Assembly (NCBI GenBank): GCA_016933055.1
Contig: JAFGBS010000036.1
Span: 4,933-36,932, forward strand
Reading direction: 5' to 3'
Source: Promethearchaeota archaeon
GTDB taxonomy: Archaea > Asgardarchaeota > Lokiarchaeia > Sigyniarchaeales > Promethearchaeaceae
DNA length: 32,000 bases
Shown here: positions 28,431 to 32,000 of the stretch, in pieces
How the letters are laid out: every line of letters begins with the position of its first letter
Numbering within the stretch: position 1 is the first letter of the stretch
Notes under the pieces: model-generated
The model's input: only the letters and a program-made list of their open reading frames with translations
What the model was told of the DNA's origin: nothing
Databases searched by the model: none
Translations under genes and position numbers: made by a program

Positions 28431-29162
28431 TTGGTGATTTTTGTGGAAAAGTTAGAGACATTACAAAAAATTATCGATGAAATCGATCTTAAGATAGCAG
28501 ATCTCATCGAAGAACGGATGAACATATCAAAGGAAATAGGATTACTTAAAACGGAGAAAGGGATACCGATAATAAATCCTGAACGAGAAGCAGAAATTAT
28601 TAAGAATATAAAACAAGCAAGTTCTTCCGTTCCTTCAAAATATATCACTGCAATTTGGAATGAGATCATGAAAACTTGTAGAATTAAGGAACAAGGGCAA
28701 TTTCTCACGAAAATTTGTATTGAAAGTTCGTCTGATGGAACGAATATAGAAGCTTTAGACACTCTTATTGAAACAGACATGAAAATTTTTGGCGAAGAAG
28801 TTGTTTTCAACCAATTAGGGGAGTTTGATCCATATTCGTATACACGGTACTTAGTATTATCAAAAAATTCCCACGATCCTACTGAGAGTGATAAAACTTC
28901 CATAATATTCGTCACATTGGATAAGCCAGGACAATTATCGAAAGTAATAGGTTTGTTTGCAGAGAAGGACGTAAACTTGACAAAAATTGAATCTCGATCT
29001 CGAAAGCTGGATTCAGGAGAATTTGAATATGTATTTTTTTTAGAGTTTGACGGAAATAGCAAGGATTCCAAAATCGAGAAAATTTTCGATCGCATGAAAT
29101 CTGTTGTGAAATGGATGAAAGTATTAGGATCCTATCCCAAAGCAGAAGTACGATATGGATAA
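28431..29162 (+). CDS. pheA: Chorismate mutase fused to a vestigial prephenate dehydratase segment and a PheA ACT domain
   Basis: IDEIDLKIADLIEERM...PEREAEII (AroQ CM); DKTSIIF...DKPGQL...VNLTKIESR...EYVFFLEFDG...KVLGSYP (ACT). Likely start GTG 28443 with GGTGA SD. Confidence 0.85.
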   Translation: MVIFVEKLETLQKIIDEIDLKIADLIEERMNISKEIGLLKTEKGIPIINPEREAEIIKNIKQASSSVPSKYITAIWNEIMKTCRIKEQGQFLTKICIESSSDGTNIEALDTLIETDMKIFGEEVVFNQLGEFDPYSYTRYLVLSKNSHDPTESDKTSIIFVTLDKPGQLSKVIGLFAEKDVNLTKIESRSRKLDSGEFEYVFFLEFDGNSKDSKIEKIFDRMKSVVKWMKVLGSYPKAEVRYG

Positions 29163-29598
29163 TTAATATTAATTTCTATGATTATGGTAGTATAATGCTG
29201 ATAAAAAAAGAAAACCAGTTGATCTCATCTTAATTATTTATGGATTCTCTTTTTTATCATCCAATGCGCATATATTTTATACTGCACTATATAACTGTTT
29301 TTTAATCTGGTATACGATGTACCTGAACGATTTATATCCTTTCCATCCAATACCGAATAATTGTCCCTATATTTTGGGAATTCAATCGAAAAGGAAACAA
29401 GAATATAAAATATATTCTTTTTCCCATATCAAGGGGAAAGGCTTAGTATAATATCCTACTCGCCAAAAACTCCTCTATAAGGCATCACTTTATTTCCGTC
29501 CTATACAAATTTTTTAGGCATGTCATCTGGGTTCTATTAAGAATTTAACGTGCATTAGTTTCATTTTTCTTTTATTTTTTTCTGCATACAATTGAATG

Positions 29599-29892
29599 CT
29601 AAATTTTATCTAATCCACCAATGTATGATCCGTGAAATACAGTTAAAAATTCAACTGAATTGTCTTTAATCTGATAAATTATCCTGTAATTTCTGATAAT
29701 CAACTCACTTAAGGTTTCTTTATCAAACTCTGGGACAACTCTACCCATCTTTGGAAATTTTTTTAATGTTTCTACGGAAGTAAAAATCTTTTTCATTAAC
29801 AATGATGCATATTCAGAGGAATCCTTACCGATATAATTAGTGATATATTCTAAATCCTCTATTGCTTGTGGCATCCATATTATTTCAGCCAT
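29599..29892 (-). CDS. Type II TA toxin, RelE/ParE family
   Basis: IIWMPQAIEDLEYI...LKKFPKMGRVVPE...ELIIRNYRIIYQI...ILTVFH-type pattern. Confidence 0.9.
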   Translation of the reverse strand: MAEIIWMPQAIEDLEYITNYIGKDSSEYASLLMKKIFTSVETLKKFPKMGRVVPEFDKETLSELIIRNYRIIYQIKDNSVEFLTVFHGSYIGGLDKI

Positions 29893-30065
29893 TTTTCGAA
29901 CCTTTTTCGAACTTCCTCATGGGGGATGCCTTTCTTCTCTTCACTTTGAGTAATACCCAGCTCAATTTTTTGTTGAAGATAAATTGCTTCGAAAATATCG
30001 TTGTATTCAACATCATTCGGTAATTTTTCTATGATATCGATTACTTTTTTCTTGGTGGATTGCAT
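29880..30065 (-). CDS. Cognate antitoxin of the RelE/ParE toxin
   Basis: MQSTKKKVIDIIEKLP...LQQKIELGITQSEEKKGIPHEEVRKRFEKWLK; 13-nt overlap with the toxin start; ATG at 30065 preferred over track 30125. Confidence 0.85.
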   Translation of the reverse strand: MQSTKKKVIDIIEKLPNDVEYNDIFEAIYLQQKIELGITQSEEKKGIPHEEVRKRFEKWLK

Positions 30066-30580
30066 ATACATATAGTAAACGAAGGAACAGATATTTAATT
30101 TATCGAACAGTGCATATAAAAACATTAAAATAAATCAGAAGGTAACTCATCCGTGTGATATAAATCATTTTTAAACATTTGTAAGCTAAAAGGCATTAAA
30201 ATTGCCAGAATCACGATATCATCTTTTATTCGTAATTTTCCCCATATCATTGTAAACTTAGATGAAGATCTGATCATCACTGCAGGGAAATTAAATGCCA
30301 GCACCGAACCGATTTGTCCTACATTGAATGTATGAGTATTGCGTTTTGTCTAAATAATGACGTAACATTTCACATAACCGAGAAAAACCTCATGAAGATT
30401 CCACAATACACCCTACAACGTTTAAAAGTTGTTAAATGTAATTTTTAAAATAACCTATAAGCGATTCTCATTCTATAATTTAATCAATCTTTTCATTCTA
30501 TTTTTCTTTTGCTCTATTTGCGCTTTTGTCTAAAACGCAAAACTAAATAAGTAGAAAATTCTACTATTCTACTGATAATT

Positions 30581-30847
30581 ATGCAATCTATAAAAGTAAG
30601 TAAGAAAACCAAAGATCGTATTGATAAAACGCAAGCAAAGATCTTGCTTGAAAAAGACCTTAAAATTACACAAGCTGAATTATTGGAAGAAATAGTTACC
30701 GCTGCAACTGAAGATGAAGACTTTTTGGACAAGCTTTTTCCTGCAGAGTCACCTGTTATTAAACCAAAAAAGAAAAAGGTACCAATAGAGATCAAAAGTC
30801 GAAAAAAACCATTTATTCGATTGTATCCAGATGAATGGGGTGAATAA
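30581..30847 (+). CDS. Small RHH/CopG-like protein, putative antitoxin
   Basis: MQSIKVSKKTKDRID...ITQAELLEEIV (beta-alpha-alpha pattern); overlaps or abuts the next ORF. Confidence 0.55.
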   Translation: MQSIKVSKKTKDRIDKTQAKILLEKDLKITQAELLEEIVTAATEDEDFLDKLFPAESPVIKPKKKKVPIEIKSRKKPFIRLYPDEWGE

Positions 30848-31391
30848 TACCGTGTCTAAACAGAAAAATTCAGTTAATTATCCTTGGTATTCGTTGGTTT
30901 CATCCAAAGATGGATTATCACAAGGAGATTTCATTTTCAATAGTCCAATCCTAGAACCCAATTATGATCTTGACGAGAAGAAGATCTTAGCTGATTATTC
31001 TGAGTATAATGTAATAATTATGAGTCAATCCTGCGATTTAATTAACAAGAAACTCAATAATGTTTTAGTATGTCCTTATTGGCAACTTGAGGAAATCGAA
31101 GAACAATATCCGTGGTTTAAATCAAACAAAAATAAAGAAAAATTGCGAAGAGGGGATCAGCCAAATTACCATCTTCTTAATGAATGTCATCTGGAGGAAT
31201 ATGAATTTTCTCATATTGTAGTTGACTTTCGAGATGTTTACAGTGTTCCATTCAGTTATGCAACAGAATATTCACAATCTCAGAAAAAACGGCTTCGACT
31301 TTTATCTCCCTATATAGAACATCTTGCACAAGCGTTCGCACGGTTTTTTATGAGAGTTGGTCTTCCTATAGATATTGACCCATTTGTATAA
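30831..31391 (+). CDS. Conserved SQSCDL-motif protein, putative PemK/MazF-like-fold toxin
   Basis: LSQGDF...VIIMSQSCDL...VLVCP...VVDFRDVYSV...LLSPYIEHLAQAFARFFMRVGLP; possible start GTG 30852 with GGGGTGA SD. Confidence 0.55.
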   Translation: MNGVNNTVSKQKNSVNYPWYSLVSSKDGLSQGDFIFNSPILEPNYDLDEKKILADYSEYNVIIMSQSCDLINKKLNNVLVCPYWQLEEIEEQYPWFKSNKNKEKLRRGDQPNYHLLNECHLEEYEFSHIVVDFRDVYSVPFSYATEYSQSQKKRLRLLSPYIEHLAQAFARFFMRVGLPIDIDPFV

Positions 31392-31401
31392 AAATGTGAA
31401 A

Positions 31402-31737
31402 ATGATGTATGTAACAGTAAGCTTCACTTTATCTGATGACGAAGTAGTAGAATTGGATGAAATTGCAACAAAAGAAAAGATTGATCGGTCTGAGTTAATA
31501 CGTAAATTTTTACTTTAACAAATTAAGGAGTATCGTTTAAAAAATGTTTCGGAGAAGTATCGTAAAGGAATAATTAGTTTAGCTGAAGCTGCAACCCTGG
31601 CGAAAGTAACAATTTACGATATGATGGAGTACTGCAAAAGAGAGCAAATTCACCCAATTGAACCAGATTCCTCCGAACTAGCAAAAGATAGAACAAATGC
31701 TGAAGATATCTTTCGCAAATTGAAGGAGGGGAAATAA
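31402..31737 (+). pseudogene. UPF0175-family (RHH + HTH) antitoxin-like gene with one in-frame stop
   Basis: MMYVTVSFTL...IDRSELIRKFLL*QIKEYRLK...YRKGIISLAEAATLAKVTIYDMME; TAA at 31516-31518. Confidence 0.8.
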
Positions 31738-31756
31738 AATTAAGAAAAAGATAAGG

Positions 31757-31945
31757 ATGAAAAGAGTTGCGGAATCTTATCGGAATGGTGCTCTATCACT
31801 ACAAGAAGCAGCAACAGCTGCAAAAGTATCAATCTATGAAATGATGGAATTTACTGAAAAGCATCAAATTTATCCAAAGGAACTTTCAGATCAAGAGATG
31901 GAAGAGCATTATGAGTATGCGAAAAAAATACTAAGAAAAGATTGA
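31757..31945 (+). CDS. UPF0175-family C-terminal (HTH) half, tandem paralog without the RHH part
   Basis: YRNGALSLQEAATAAKVSIYEMME aligns with YRKGIISLAEAATLAKVTIYDMME of the preceding gene. Confidence 0.7.
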   Translation: MKRVAESYRNGALSLQEAATAAKVSIYEMMEFTEKHQIYPKELSDQEMEEHYEYAKKILRKD

Positions 31946-32000
31946 TGGAGAATCCATCAGAGATAGATCCAATAAGTTTAACTAACTTACATGGGAAAAA

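Noticed and set aside
3818-30795. Short antisense or overlapping track ORFs (e.g. 3818-4018, 10509-10721, 11045-11236, 12083-12295, 13126-13338, 16033-16230, 17913-18125, 18548-18836, 19445-20047, 20326-20520, 21284-22758, 24274-24456, 25537-26239, 28418-29095, 30514-30795)
   Set aside because: Shadows of longer genes with recognisable motifs; no independent signal.
1-32000. CRISPR array, rRNA or tRNA genes
   Set aside because: No regularly spaced repeat-spacer run and no cloverleaf or rRNA-like GC-rich block seen.

Overview
AT-rich (roughly 30% GC by eye) accessory region with no housekeeping operon, rRNA, tRNA, CRISPR array, integrase or transposase. Archaeal-type GGTGA/GGAGG Shine-Dalgarno motifs, UPF0175-type genes and small Zn-ribbon membrane proteins suggest an archaeon, possibly an Asgard/Lokiarchaeia-like one (inference only). 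The window reads as a defence-rich island mixed with decayed gene fragments. Left part: a TOPRIM-domain gene running off the edge (missed by the ORF track). It is followed by a ~6.7 kb block bracketed by two 120-bp, 84%-identical non-coding direct repeats. The block holds an NDT/TIR-like effector gene and a translationally coupled three-gene operon: GHKL (MORC-like) ATPase with three tandem Ig-like repeats, a multi-winged-helix protein, and an SBD-like reader with no nuclease. This block is the best candidate for an undescribed system. Further on: an aconitase X pseudogene, two adjacent HEPN-motif genes, a MATE transporter whose 3' end recurs 3.1 kb later, a PLD/Zn-finger nuclease, NurA and UvrD relics, an AspBHI/MspJI-type modification-dependent restriction enzyme, and a membrane-anchored helicase-IV-like protein with an inserted nuclease domain. 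The right part has hairpin-rich intergenic elements, a miniaturised chorismate mutase-ACT (PheA-derived) gene, and a cluster of toxin-antitoxin genes. All family calls come from manual motif recognition; no database search was run.
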